Assembly: GCA_023261745.1 (NCBI GenBank)
Contig: JAGDXR010000040.1
Location: forward strand, 4,682 to 43,969
Length of the DNA stretch: 39,288 bases
From: Thermoplasmata archaeon
Lineage (GTDB): Archaea; Thermoplasmatota; Thermoplasmata; Thermoplasmatales; ARK-15
Reading direction: 5' to 3'
How positions within the stretch are numbered: position 1 is the first letter of the stretch; each line of letters begins with the position of its first letter. The position numbers and the translations under genes were made by a program. Under the pieces are notes generated by a model. The model was given only the letters and a program-made list of their open reading frames with translations, did no database searches and was not told where the DNA came from. Below, in pieces: positions 19,593 through 28,016 of this stretch.

Positions 19593-20297
19593 TCACCTCT
19601 CCCTCAATCTCTTTTTCTTTGGGGCTATCCTTCCCACCTTTCTGCCGGGTGGAGCGTTCTTTGACACTGTTGACGGCCTTCCAATATGCTGATGATTTCC
19701 ACCACCGTGCGGATGGTTAAAGGCATTCATTGCCACACCCCTGACAAAATAGGCCCTCTTTGATTTGCTCTGAAAGGCATGTATCTCATTACCCGCCTTG
19801 AGAAATGGCTTGTCCTTTCTGCCTGCACCGGCAACCATTCCTACTACCGCCCTACACCGGGGATCAAGCATCCTGAACTGCCCCGATGGCAGCTGAATGG
19901 TTGTCTTTTCACCATGTGACACTACTATAGCATAGGATCCCGCAGATCTTACCAGTCTTCCACCATCATTTGGAATCAGTTCAACATTGTGAATTATCGT
20001 GCCATCAGGAATGCTTCCCAGCGGAAGAACGTTTCCATCCTTTATTGGAACGGTATTTCCAACCTGTATTTTATCTCCAATTGAAATTCCTGAAGGTGCA
20101 AGAATATAATAATAATCCTTTCCAAATTTGACAGTGGCTATGGGTGCCGTATGAGCTGGATGATTTAAAATATCAACAATAACGCCTTCAGCATTTTCAA
20201 TATCTGGATGTTTTAAGTCCACATAATACCTGTGTGATGGTGCTCTGTATACAGAATGCCCGGATCCGCGTCTCCTAGTCTTTATTCTCTTACCCAT
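19593..20297 (-). CDS. rpl2: 50S ribosomal protein uL2
   Basis: MGKRI, DGGRLVRSAG, VRGVAMN, HPHGGG, PPGRKVG. Confidence 0.98.
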   Translation of the reverse strand: MGKRIKTRRRGSGHSVYRAPSHRYYVDLKHPDIENAEGVIVDILNHPAHTAPIATVKFGKDYYYILAPSGISIGDKIQVGNTVPIKDGNVLPLGSIPDGTIIHNVELIPNDGGRLVRSAGSYAIVVSHGEKTTIQLPSGQFRMLDPRCRAVVGMVAGAGRKDKPFLKAGNEIHAFQSKSKRAYFVRGVAMNAFNHPHGGGNHQHIGRPSTVSKNAPPGRKVGRIAPKKKRLRER

Positions 20298-20307
20298 CTA
20301 TATCACC

Positions 20308-20574
20308 TCAGAATATACCTATCCTTACGGCTATTTCATCCGCATTGAATTCAGGCCTTAATTTAACAAAGGCCTTTTTACCTTTCCTTGAATATAGAAC
20401 GTTTACACTTTCCACCTTTACTCCAAAAGCCCTTTCAACAGCCCATTTGATGTCCATTTTTGTTGCATCCCTTTTTACTATGAACGCCAGTTTGTTTTCC
20501 TTTTCTATCATAAACATCGTTTTTTCAGTTACGTATGGTTTTATTATTATTTCAAAAGGATTGTTCATTGTCAT
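20308..20574 (-). CDS. rpl23: 50S ribosomal protein uL23
   Basis: [20 protein letters not shown]; start ATG 20574 overlaps the uL4 stop (ATGA). Confidence 0.95.
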   Translation of the reverse strand: MTMNNPFEIIIKPYVTEKTMFMIEKENKLAFIVKRDATKMDIKWAVERAFGVKVESVNVLYSRKGKKAFVKLRPEFNADEIAVRIGIF

Positions 20575-21335
20575 AATACCCACCCTTTGATATTTTCAAG
20601 CGCGCCCATCGTCATCACTACCAGCCTTCCTGCATGTGAACCTGGTGCAAGAATCTCTGCATTCAGATTTGTGGGTGTTACAATTTCAACACCCGGCAAA
20701 TTGTTCATGGCCTTCTTCAGATTCTCATCATTGTTGACAACAAATAATATGCTTTTTGGTGTGTAATATTTTCTTCCCCTGGATTTTCCCTTTCCGGCCC
20801 TTATCCTTGTCCCTCTTTTTGCCCTTTCAATATCGTTCTTTAAACCTAATTTATCTAAAACATTGATCAGAACATCCATATTGTTGATGTCCTCAAGCTT
20901 ATCTTCCATGACAACGGGCAGGGTTATATTTTCCGGAACTATGTGACCCCTCTTCTTAACCATATCCTTGTTTGCAGTCTGTGAAAGCGCCGAGAGCTTT
21001 GCAAGAAACCTCTCCTTTTTATTTACCTTTCTGTACCATTTTCTTTTCGTCGTAGGTCCGAAAACGTTTCTTCCTCCAACCATGTTGGTTGATATTACTC
21101 CTCTGTCACCATCCGCCACCCTGGGAACTCTGGACCTTCCATGATTTGGACCCCAGTTATGACCAACCCTTCTCATGCCCGTGAAATAATACATTCCATA
21201 GGGTTGCCTGGCATTTGACTGAAAACAGTGAACCACCCTCTTTATTATATCAGGCCTGTAAGGCATCTGAAATGCCCTGGGAAGCTCAATTTCTTCCTGA
21301 ACAGTTCCATCAATCCTGTAAACATTAATTTTCAT
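20571..21335 (-). CDS. rpl4: 50S ribosomal protein uL4
   Basis: [32 protein letters not shown]. Confidence 0.96.
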   Translation of the reverse strand: MKINVYRIDGTVQEEIELPRAFQMPYRPDIIKRVVHCFQSNARQPYGMYYFTGMRRVGHNWGPNHGRSRVPRVADGDRGVISTNMVGGRNVFGPTTKRKWYRKVNKKERFLAKLSALSQTANKDMVKKRGHIVPENITLPVVMEDKLEDINNMDVLINVLDKLGLKNDIERAKRGTRIRAGKGKSRGRKYYTPKSILFVVNNDENLKKAMNNLPGVEIVTPTNLNAEILAPGSHAGRLVVMTMGALENIKGWVL

Positions 21336-21340
21336 TCAAT

Positions 21341-22360
21341 TTACACCCCCTGCTTTGATTCCATTGAAATGTATGAAACCTTTATTTCATTCTCCTCAAT
21401 ATTTGCAGAAGTTGGTCTTATGGGATCCCTGAACCTTACCAGTCTTTTGGAAGAACCTGGAATTGAACCATGGATCATTAGATACCCACCCGTTATTTTT
21501 CCATAATGTAAAAATCCACCCTTTGGAAGTATTTCCTCCTTCAGTTTCCCATTCTCATCGGGAAGAACTACCCTCAGAATTCTTTTATTGTATTCTGTTC
21601 TCTGCTGAAATCCCATCTGCCCCGCCATGGGGACAGTATACATTACCCAGTTTGGATGCCATGGACCAAGGGTCCCCACCAGCCTTCTGTGCTTCCTGTT
21701 TTTATGATGCAGAAGTTTTATTCCAAATCTTTTTATTGAACCCTGGAATCCCTTTCCCTTTGTGACGGCAATCACATCAACCAGTTTTCCAGCCCTGCTG
21801 AAATCCTTAAAGTTCAGCTCTTTCCCCATTTTGTCAATGGCATATTTAATTCTATCCTCGATCTTTCCTCCTCCAACACGCAGTTCAAAAATCTCTGGCC
21901 TCTTTTTAGGAACGCCTGAAATCCTGTATGGCTTTGTATAAACAATCAACCTGACTTCTTCTACGGATGCAATGTCTATTTCTTCAATTTTTATTTCCCT
22001 TATATTTTTTATCTTTGGTATCTTCCTGAAAATTTCTTTATCAACCTTTTCCGTCCAGAATTCCCTGTAAATCTGAAGACCGTAGGTTGTTTTCTTGTAA
22101 AGCCTCATACCTGCAACACCTATAGGCGGAACTTCAACAACAGTCACAGGCATGAAAATTTCCTGTCCTGAAGTATTGCTCTTTTTTCTCCAGTCTGTAA
22201 TAAGAACGTGCGTCATACCAACTTTGTATCCTGCAAATCCCTGTATCCTCGGACCTTCATCTATTTCAGGGTAGCTGTCTATATGAGGAACTATACTCCT
22301 AGCCCTCTTTCTTGGGTAAAAACCCATAGAACCATGTCTCCCATGATGCGGGGTCGCCAT
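21341..22360 (-). CDS. rpl3: 50S ribosomal protein uL3
   Basis: GSMGFYPRKRA, GYKVGMTH, TKGKGFQG, AGQMG. Confidence 0.98.
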   Translation of the reverse strand: MATPHHGRHGSMGFYPRKRARSIVPHIDSYPEIDEGPRIQGFAGYKVGMTHVLITDWRKKSNTSGQEIFMPVTVVEVPPIGVAGMRLYKKTTYGLQIYREFWTEKVDKEIFRKIPKIKNIREIKIEEIDIASVEEVRLIVYTKPYRISGVPKKRPEIFELRVGGGKIEDRIKYAIDKMGKELNFKDFSRAGKLVDVIAVTKGKGFQGSIKRFGIKLLHHKNRKHRRLVGTLGPWHPNWVMYTVPMAGQMGFQQRTEYNKRILRVVLPDENGKLKEEILPKGGFLHYGKITGGYLMIHGSIPGSSKRLVRFRDPIRPTSANIEENEIKVSYISMESKQGV

Positions 22361-22382
22361 TAAATCATACCTCCTTTTTTAA

Positions 22383-22466
22383 TCATCAACCGTGACACTT
22401 ACTGATGCAGCATAACGAACCGCACCAGTGCGGGATATATTTATCCCTGAGTGTCTGGTTTGATGA
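22383..22466 (-). promoter_or_regulatory. Candidate structured 5' leader RNA of the uL3/uL4 ribosomal operon
   Basis: Nested inverted repeats (+ strand): TCATCAACC 22383-22391 / GGTTTGATGA 22457-22466; GACACT 22394-22399 / AGTGTC 22450-22455; GGGATA-TATT-TATCCC 22432-22447; CCGCA-CCAG-TGCGG 22420-22433. Confidence 0.5.
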
Positions 22467-22492
22467 GCTTTATAACCTTTAAATACGTGCAG

Positions 22493-22507
22493 TATAAAAA
22501 GGTTTTG
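22493..22507 (-). promoter_or_regulatory. Candidate BRE/TATA box of the ribosomal operon
   Basis: Minus strand CAAAACC-TTTTTATA about 27 nt before the leader structure; a second candidate AAAGG-TTATAAA lies at 22469-22480. Confidence 0.45.
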
Positions 22508-22583
22508 GATATCCTCATTTTATCATTAATCCCATAATATTCAGTTTTACCTTTTATTACGATATGTTTGTATCTTAAAATTT

Positions 22584-23231
22584 TTATTTTTCCCTGAAAC
22601 CGTATTTCCCTTTCATGGGAACAAATGCCACATCCCCTAGATATTCCTTTATTATTTTATTATCCATCTTTGTTATTTTCAGTAATTGCTGATTGTAATT
22701 ATTTCCAACAGGTGCAAGTAAAATACCATTGTTATTCAGCTGTTTGATGAAATTTTCATTTATGACCGGAATACCGCATGTTATGATTATGCGATCATAA
22801 GGAGAAAATTCGGGTAAACCTCCAGACCCGTCCCGGTTAAACAGGAATATCCTTTCCCTGAAATTACAGTAATTTTTTATCTTTTCAATTGCGATTAAAT
22901 ACAGACTCCTGTCGATTTCAACAGAATATACATATCCATTTCTGGAAAGGGATGCCAGAAGACATGTGTTGTATCCCAGGCCAGTGCCAATCTCAAGAAT
23001 CTTATTACCGGGTTCAATATCGAGCAGTTCGAGCATCATGGCCACCATATGTGGCGCAGAAACCGTTTGACCGTTTAAAGTTGGTAACGGTTCATCTATA
23101 TAAGCTTCATTTTCAAATTCTGAAAGAACAAAATTTTTTCTGTCCACTCCAAGCATTGCTTCTTCTACTTCTTTCTTTTTAATGAAACCTTCATTTTTAA
23201 GATTTTCAATCAGTGTTTTCAGGTCCATCAT
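22584..23231 (-). CDS. pcm: Protein-L-isoaspartate O-methyltransferase
   Basis: AYIDEPL, GQTVSAPHMVA, ILEIGTGLGY, PYDRII, VAFVPM. Confidence 0.95.
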   Translation of the reverse strand: MMDLKTLIENLKNEGFIKKKEVEEAMLGVDRKNFVLSEFENEAYIDEPLPTLNGQTVSAPHMVAMMLELLDIEPGNKILEIGTGLGYNTCLLASLSRNGYVYSVEIDRSLYLIAIEKIKNYCNFRERIFLFNRDGSGGLPEFSPYDRIIITCGIPVINENFIKQLNNNGILLAPVGNNYNQQLLKITKMDNKIIKEYLGDVAFVPMKGKYGFREK

Positions 23232-23739
23232 GATATTTTCTTCTTATCCTGTAAACATAAATATAATGGAAAGACAATTTCATTTCACATATTCTTTCAA
23301 AGTTATACATGGAAAATTCTTCAATAATATTATCAATATCGTTGAATGAACTCAGTACAATATAAATTGTTCCATCTTCATTAAGATGGTCATATGCTTC
23401 CCTGAGAAATCTTTTTATTATTTCTGAACCGTTCTCTCCTCCATAAATTACAATATCCTCATCATAATCTCCAGGAAGATACGGTGGGTTGAATATTATG
23501 GTGTCATATTTTTCATTTATGTTTTCAAAAAGATCAGAAACAATGCACTTTATTTGCCATATTTCATTCTTTATATGGTTTATGCTTTCTATGTCAATAT
23601 CTGCTGCAGTTACATCATACCCCCTCTTAAAAAGCTCAATTGATATTATTCCTCTCCCTGCTCCCATCTCAAGTATTTTACCATTTGGTTCCACACAGTC
23701 CAACAATAAAAATGTATCCTCACCTGGTTCGTACAACAC
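23206..23739 (-). CDS. HemK2/PrmC-type (N6AMT1-like) SAM methyltransferase
   Basis: YEPGEDTFLL, ILEMGAGRG, SDLFE, FNPPYLP; real start probably GTG 23739 or TTG 23736, not 24126. Confidence 0.88.
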   Translation of the reverse strand: MLYEPGEDTFLLLDCVEPNGKILEMGAGRGIISIELFKRGYDVTAADIDIESINHIKNEIWQIKCIVSDLFENINEKYDTIIFNPPYLPGDYDEDIVIYGGENGSEIIKRFLREAYDHLNEDGTIYIVLSSFNDIDNIIEEFSMYNFERICEMKLSFHYIYVYRIRRKYHDGPENTD

Positions 23740-23784
23740 AAATTTTTTAAACTTATTTTTATATATATATTTTTGGGTGGGCGG

Positions 23785-24420
23785 ATGTATATAAAATATC
23801 ATGGACATGCATGCTTTGAAATAGGCAACGGTAAAAGGGTAGTTTTTGATCCACATGATGGAAAAAGCATAGGTTTGCCTGTGCCGAATCCTACCGCAGA
23901 TCTGGTTTTCATTACACACGAACATTTTGATCATAATGCAACTTCTGTTGTCAGGGGAAATTTCAAAATTATCAGAAATCCAGCATCCGGAGAAGTGGAT
24001 GGAATACGATATGATTCCATTACAGAATATCATGACAACGATATGGGAAGGCAGAGAGGAACGGTTAATATATACAAAGTATATGTTGAAAATCTTTCCT
24101 TTGTGCATGTAGGAGACCTTGGACATATGCCAGATGAAAAGACAGTAAAATTCATGAAAAATGCGGATTTTATATTTCTTCCTGTAGGATCCGTATATAC
24201 AATAAATGGTGATCAGGCCGCTGAAGTGGTCGGTTTAACAAATCCAAAAGTTGCGGTTCCCATGCACTATTCGACTGCAAAAAGCAAACTTGGCCTGGAA
24301 TCATATGACAGGTTTTTGAAACATTTTAATAAGGATCAGGTGAAATTCGTGGGAAAGGAAAAGAAATTCAACAAAGAAGAAATAAATTCAAATAAAACGG
24401 AAATATGGGTTTTTGAATGA
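23785..24420 (+). CDS. Metallo-beta-lactamase-fold hydrolase
   Basis: YHGHACF, FDP, THEHFDH, HVGDLG, PVG, VPMHY. Confidence 0.9.
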   Translation: MYIKYHGHACFEIGNGKRVVFDPHDGKSIGLPVPNPTADLVFITHEHFDHNATSVVRGNFKIIRNPASGEVDGIRYDSITEYHDNDMGRQRGTVNIYKVYVENLSFVHVGDLGHMPDEKTVKFMKNADFIFLPVGSVYTINGDQAAEVVGLTNPKVAVPMHYSTAKSKLGLESYDRFLKHFNKDQVKFVGKEKKFNKEEINSNKTEIWVFE

Positions 24421-24425
24421 TTTTA

Positions 24426-25082
24426 TCATATATTCAGCGCTTCCTCTATCCTCGAAACTTCAACAACCGTTGAATTGCTTCCTATATATGCCCCTTTGGA
24501 ATTTGCGATCATGGATGCACCTATGAAAATTGATCCAAAGTTAGCTGTAACAATGTATGCCGGTACACCAAAAACAGATGAAAGATACTTCAGTTCATCA
24601 TCATCAACCTGAGGATTTACAAGAAGGGCGTTTTTTGTTACCAGGGCAACGGAACCAACTGTGGGAATACCTCCTATCTTTCCCTTTAAAACCTCTACAT
24701 CAAGAATATCACCTATCAATTTTAAACTTTCATCGGAAAATCCTTCGTGTACAAGAGCTGCCTTGTCATTTGCCAGAATATCATTACCGATTGCATTAAG
24801 TTTATCTTCCAGAAATAATATGTTGTAATCATTTTTGAGAAATTCAACATCCTCCAGATCAGAAAAGTCAGGTAATATTATGCCGTGTGAATTTATAACA
24901 GTCAGGCTGCCTATTATGGGTGATCCGCCTATATATGTAAGATACGTTTCAACTCCTAATGACCTCTTTATATCATTTATTGAATTTTCCTCACAATCTT
25001 TGGGAAGCAATGCAATGTTTTCATTGGCTTTCGCATATACTCCTATATATGGGCTTCCCCTTATCTGCCCTTTTAACAACAT
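24426..25082 (-). CDS. eif6: Translation initiation factor aIF6
   Basis: GSPYIGVY, NAIGNDILAND, TANFGS, EVSRIEEAL; downstream of eL31. Confidence 0.95.
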   Translation of the reverse strand: MLLKGQIRGSPYIGVYAKANENIALLPKDCEENSINDIKRSLGVETYLTYIGGSPIIGSLTVINSHGIILPDFSDLEDVEFLKNDYNILFLEDKLNAIGNDILANDKAALVHEGFSDESLKLIGDILDVEVLKGKIGGIPTVGSVALVTKNALLVNPQVDDDELKYLSSVFGVPAYIVTANFGSIFIGASMIANSKGAYIGSNSTVVEVSRIEEALNI

Positions 25083-25096
25083 TCAATACGACCTTA

Positions 25097-25357
25097 TCAC
25101 GGCAAATGGACTTCTACGAGCTCTTCCTCTGGAAATCGCAATATTTTTGCCTTTATTTCGCTAGGAGGCTTTTTTCTTCCTCTTTCCCATATCTTCTCAT
25201 TCAATAAAGGATCTATCCAAACTTTATCAGGATCAACCTTAAATTTCTTTGAAACATATAACCTAATAAAAGTAGCAACAGCATCGGATTTCCTGCTTCT
25301 AGGAACAGGTTTGATATCCCTGAGGGATATTGTGATCATGAATTCATTTTCTGCCAT
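25097..25357 (-). CDS. rpl31e: 50S ribosomal protein eL31
   Basis: TISLR, VWIDPLLNEKIWERG, PP. Confidence 0.95.
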   Translation of the reverse strand: MAENEFMITISLRDIKPVPRSRKSDAVATFIRLYVSKKFKVDPDKVWIDPLLNEKIWERGRKKPPSEIKAKILRFPEEELVEVHLP

Positions 25358-25367
25358 TTTTATCACC

Positions 25368-25523
25368 TCATACCTTCATTTTATTCCTTCTCCAGTTTCT
25401 CCTATGCGAATGGGTTGTAAACTTCCTGTTTGTTTTCATCATGACCCATCCAGGAACTCTCCTGTTTCTTTTTACCATTTTTACAAGCCTGATTTTCCTT
25501 CCAAATGGTTTATTTCTTGCCAT
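25368..25523 (-). CDS. rpl39e: 50S ribosomal protein eL39 (51 aa; not in ORF track)
   Basis: Manual translation [51 protein letters not shown]. Confidence 0.96.
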   Translation of the reverse strand: MARNKPFGRKIRLVKMVKRNRRVPGWVMMKTNRKFTTHSHRRNWRRNKMKV

Positions 25524-25525
25524 TT

Positions 25526-25861
25526 TCATCTCCTCTCTATCTTTATATCTCTACTTTTTTCAGTTAGCTTTGAAAGCAACATTTTTAATTCGTCATCCGT
25601 TATTATCCTGTTCAACCTTCCTATCTGAGCAAGATATATTATCTGGTTTTCAACTGCTTCAGCAAGCTCTGGTTTGACTAGCCTCACATTTGCCAGTCTC
25701 TGCCTGGCCTCTGTGGTGAGATATTGCCTCAATATCCTGCTTTTCTCTTCCTTTACAGCCTTTTCCTTTTCTTCTTCCTCTTCAGCTCGGGCTTGTTCGG
25801 CAAGGAGTTGAGCCATTTTCCTTCTCCTTATCTCTTCAAGCTCCTTATCCTCCTCGTCCAT
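25526..25861 (-). CDS. PDCD5-like dsDNA-binding protein
   Basis: [38 protein letters not shown]; between eS19 and eL39. Confidence 0.93.
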   Translation of the reverse strand: MDEEDKELEEIRRRKMAQLLAEQARAEEEEEKEKAVKEEKSRILRQYLTTEARQRLANVRLVKPELAEAVENQIIYLAQIGRLNRIITDDELKMLLSKLTEKSRDIKIERR

Positions 25862-25872
25862 AACACTCACCC

Positions 25873-26307
25873 TCAATTCTCTTTTTTTACTTCCTTGGAT
25901 TTTATGATCTCTTCCGCAAGTTTCTCAAGATATGAAATACCTTTGGGTGTTAATTTTCTACCTTCCTTTCCAACAGAAGTATATCCCAGTTTATCCAGTT
26001 CCTGTAAACATTTTCTTGTAATGTTCCTGCTACCCTTAACTGCATGATACCTCTTTGTACCCCTGTCCCTCTTTCCCCCATAGTCACTTGCTAACCTGGA
26101 TGTGCCTATCGGCCCCTTTATATACAATTTCCTGAATACGCTTGCCATTCTTGTATAATACCATTCATCCTGAACTGGCCCCGTCTCCCTGTGTGGACCG
26201 GTTTTAACCCATTTTACCCAGTCAGGAACTTTAACGTTCTCATTCTTCAACCTATCAGCTAGTACTTTTATAAATTCATCCGGATCAACATCATATACTG
26301 TAACCAT
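25873..26307 (-). CDS. rps19e: 30S ribosomal protein eS19
   Basis: MVTVYDV, PDWVKWVKTG, WYYTRMAS, YGG; start ATG 26307. Confidence 0.96.
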   Translation of the reverse strand: MVTVYDVDPDEFIKVLADRLKNENVKVPDWVKWVKTGPHRETGPVQDEWYYTRMASVFRKLYIKGPIGTSRLASDYGGKRDRGTKRYHAVKGSRNITRKCLQELDKLGYTSVGKEGRKLTPKGISYLEKLAEEIIKSKEVKKEN

Positions 26308-26397
26308 ACCTATCAACCTAATATTTTTGAATTTATAAAGTTTATCACAATCCTGTATAAGAAAATTTCGCAAATTAAAAAATATCAAAAAGACCAG

Positions 26398-26470
26398 TGG
26401 ACCGGCCGGGATTTGAACCCGGGGCCTTTTGCTTGCGAAGCAAACGATCTACCAGCTGATCTACCGGCCC
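26398..26470 (-). tRNA. tRNA-Ala(CGC)
   Basis: GGGCCGGTAGATCAGCTGGTAGATCGTTTGCTT-CGC-AAGCAAAAGGCCCCGGGTTCAAATCCCGGCCGGTCCA; full cloverleaf, G3:U70 Ala identity pair, no intron. Confidence 0.97.
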
Positions 26471-26910
26471 TCTTTTTCTGCATATTCTTCGGTATCAATA
26501 GAGGCCAGTAAATCGTTATTGTCAATCATGCTTAAAAAATTTTCATATAACCTTTTGGAATAATATACGAGTGTGGTTATTGTTTTGTCCTTTTCTTCAA
26601 GTTCTGAAAATGGTTTCAAATAATTCATCATGAGATTTTTCTTAAAATTATCAAAAAGTATGGTAAAATTTGGGTTTGCGGATAGTACAATCTGCCCCAT
26701 GTCCCTCTTTTTTTCTACGAGATTTATGTCCATAAGAATTGAAAGGCTTGCATATACCCGTGCTATGGAATATCCACTTTTATCAACTATCTCCTTAACA
26801 GTTAAAGGTTTTTCAGAAAAATAGAGAGTTGTATAAACTGTACTTGAACATTCATCAAGACCAAGATAAGAAACCATCTTTTTAAATAGGTTTTTAATCT
26901 CCTCCATCAT
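26461..26910 (-). CDS. TrmB/GbsR-like winged-helix transcriptional regulator
   Basis: LGLDECSSTVYTTLY, PLTVKEIVDKSGYSIARVYASLSILMDINLV HTH pattern; the stop codon lies inside tRNA-Ala. Confidence 0.75.
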   Translation of the reverse strand: MMEEIKNLFKKMVSYLGLDECSSTVYTTLYFSEKPLTVKEIVDKSGYSIARVYASLSILMDINLVEKKRDMGQIVLSANPNFTILFDNFKKNLMMNYLKPFSELEEKDKTITTLVYYSKRLYENFLSMIDNNDLLASIDTEEYAEKEGR

Positions 26911-26960
26911 AGATATATATAACATACTTATTTATAAACATTATGCTATATGCTAACAAA

Positions 26961-27119
26961 GCTACTGAATCTCACCAAAACTTCGAATCCAGTTGCACTC
27001 ATGAAAAAATTTCATTGAACGATAAGGACCAACATGTTGATTTCAACCTGAAGTTGTGCAGAGTGTCTATATTCTGAATATCAGAGTTTCACTGCTTCCC
27101 TCAAACTTCTAACTTTTCT
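26961..27119 (-). mobile_element. Decayed ends-only (PATE/MITE-like) derivative of the neighbouring IS200/IS605 element
   Basis: 27074-27119 matches left end 29115-29160 at 39/46 nt; 26971-26996 matches right-end segment 27927-27952 at 20/26 nt; no ORF between them. Confidence 0.7.
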
Positions 27120-27203
27120 ATAAAAACCAGAATTATATAATTTAAAATTTATTTTTTTAGACCATTTAATAAATAATTTATATGTATATTATTTATTAAA
27201 AAC

Positions 27204-27890
27204 ATGGTTGATGAAAATACGGTTTTAATGTTATTATCTTCGGTAATAGCCTTCCTATTCTTCATCATACTGTTTTATAAATACATGATAAGAAGGGATT
27301 CAAAATTTCTTTACTGGTCCATAGGTCTTTTGTTCATGTTTTTCGCATATCTCATAAATTTCTTTTCCCTTATATATTCATGGAATAATCTGCTTTTTGA
27401 TTCATATTATTTTTTTGCAATGGCAAATGTGGGTTTTCTAGGTCTGGGATCCGTTTCCCTGATAAATAAAAATAAAATTACAATGTTACTTTTGACTTAC
27501 AATATAATTATGTCCATGATTTTTCTTTTTGCAATATTATTTTCAAAAGCTAATCTGAATCTTGTTTTAAAGGGTAATTTCAATGCATTTCCAGCCTACG
27601 TATCTTTGCTTGGTGCACTGATCACTGTTCCTGGGGCCATATTTCTAATATTTATTTCCCTTTATTCCGCAATAAAACTCAAGAATAACAGGAATGCTCT
27701 TTTATACAATTCCTTGATTGCACTCGGCGCCATTATATTTTCAGCTGATGGATCCCTTACATTATCAGGAAATGTGACATTTTATTATACATTCCTTTTC
27801 CTTGGACTCGTGTTGATGTTTACTGGATTTCTGAATAGTATAAGTTTTAACAGTAAAATCGAAGTAAATGTTGCTAGAGATTTATCATAA
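27204..27890 (+). CDS. Uncharacterised integral membrane protein, about 7 TM helices
   Basis: Seven hydrophobic segments by eye, short loops, no soluble domain. Confidence 0.75.
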   Translation: MVDENTVLMLLSSVIAFLFFIILFYKYMIRRDSKFLYWSIGLLFMFFAYLINFFSLIYSWNNLLFDSYYFFAMANVGFLGLGSVSLINKNKITMLLLTYNIIMSMIFLFAILFSKANLNLVLKGNFNAFPAYVSLLGALITVPGAIFLIFISLYSAIKLKNNRNALLYNSLIALGAIIFSADGSLTLSGNVTFYYTFLFLGLVLMFTGFLNSISFNSKIEVNVARDLS

Positions 27891-27915
27891 TAATTTTCTC
27901 CTTAATTTTTTATAT

Positions 27916-28015
27916 GTCTGCTACTCCTCGCTAAAGCTTCGGAGCCTGTTGCTGGTCTCCCCTCCACCTGTGGCTGGAGGTTCATCGAACCGAAACGATC
28001 GGCTGACTGTGACCT
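27916..28015 (-). ncRNA. Putative TnpB omega/reRNA scaffold (right-end derived)
   Basis: GC-rich hairpins directly 3' of tnpB: CCTCCA-GCCACAGG-TGGAGG and CTCC...GGAG, ending at the IS right end; 5' boundary uncertain. Confidence 0.5.
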
Positions 28016-28016
28016 T

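Noticed and set aside
22383..22466. Box C/D guide sRNA (TGATGA and CTGA motifs present)
   Set aside because: On the plus strand the C-like box lies downstream of the D-like boxes, and on the minus strand there is no CTGA partner. The TGATGA is explained by the terminal stem. A permuted K-turn is not excluded.
23740..24126. N-terminal 129 aa of the 306-aa methyltransferase ORF
   Set aside because: It is antisense to the MBL hydrolase gene and crosses the promoter; the family motif YEP.ED marks the real N-terminus.
24426..26307. Missing eL20-prefoldin-ftsY continuation after aIF6
   Set aside because: Operon breakage here is plausible as ordinary rearrangement and carries no further signal in this window.
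26308..26388. N-terminal extension of eS19
   Set aside because: AT-rich promoter-like DNA; the conserved start MVTVYDV is at 26307.
27204..27890. Rhodopsin or heliorhodopsin call for the 7-TM protein
   Set aside because: There is no lysine within the seventh helix for retinal attachment and no DxxxK/SxxxK motif.
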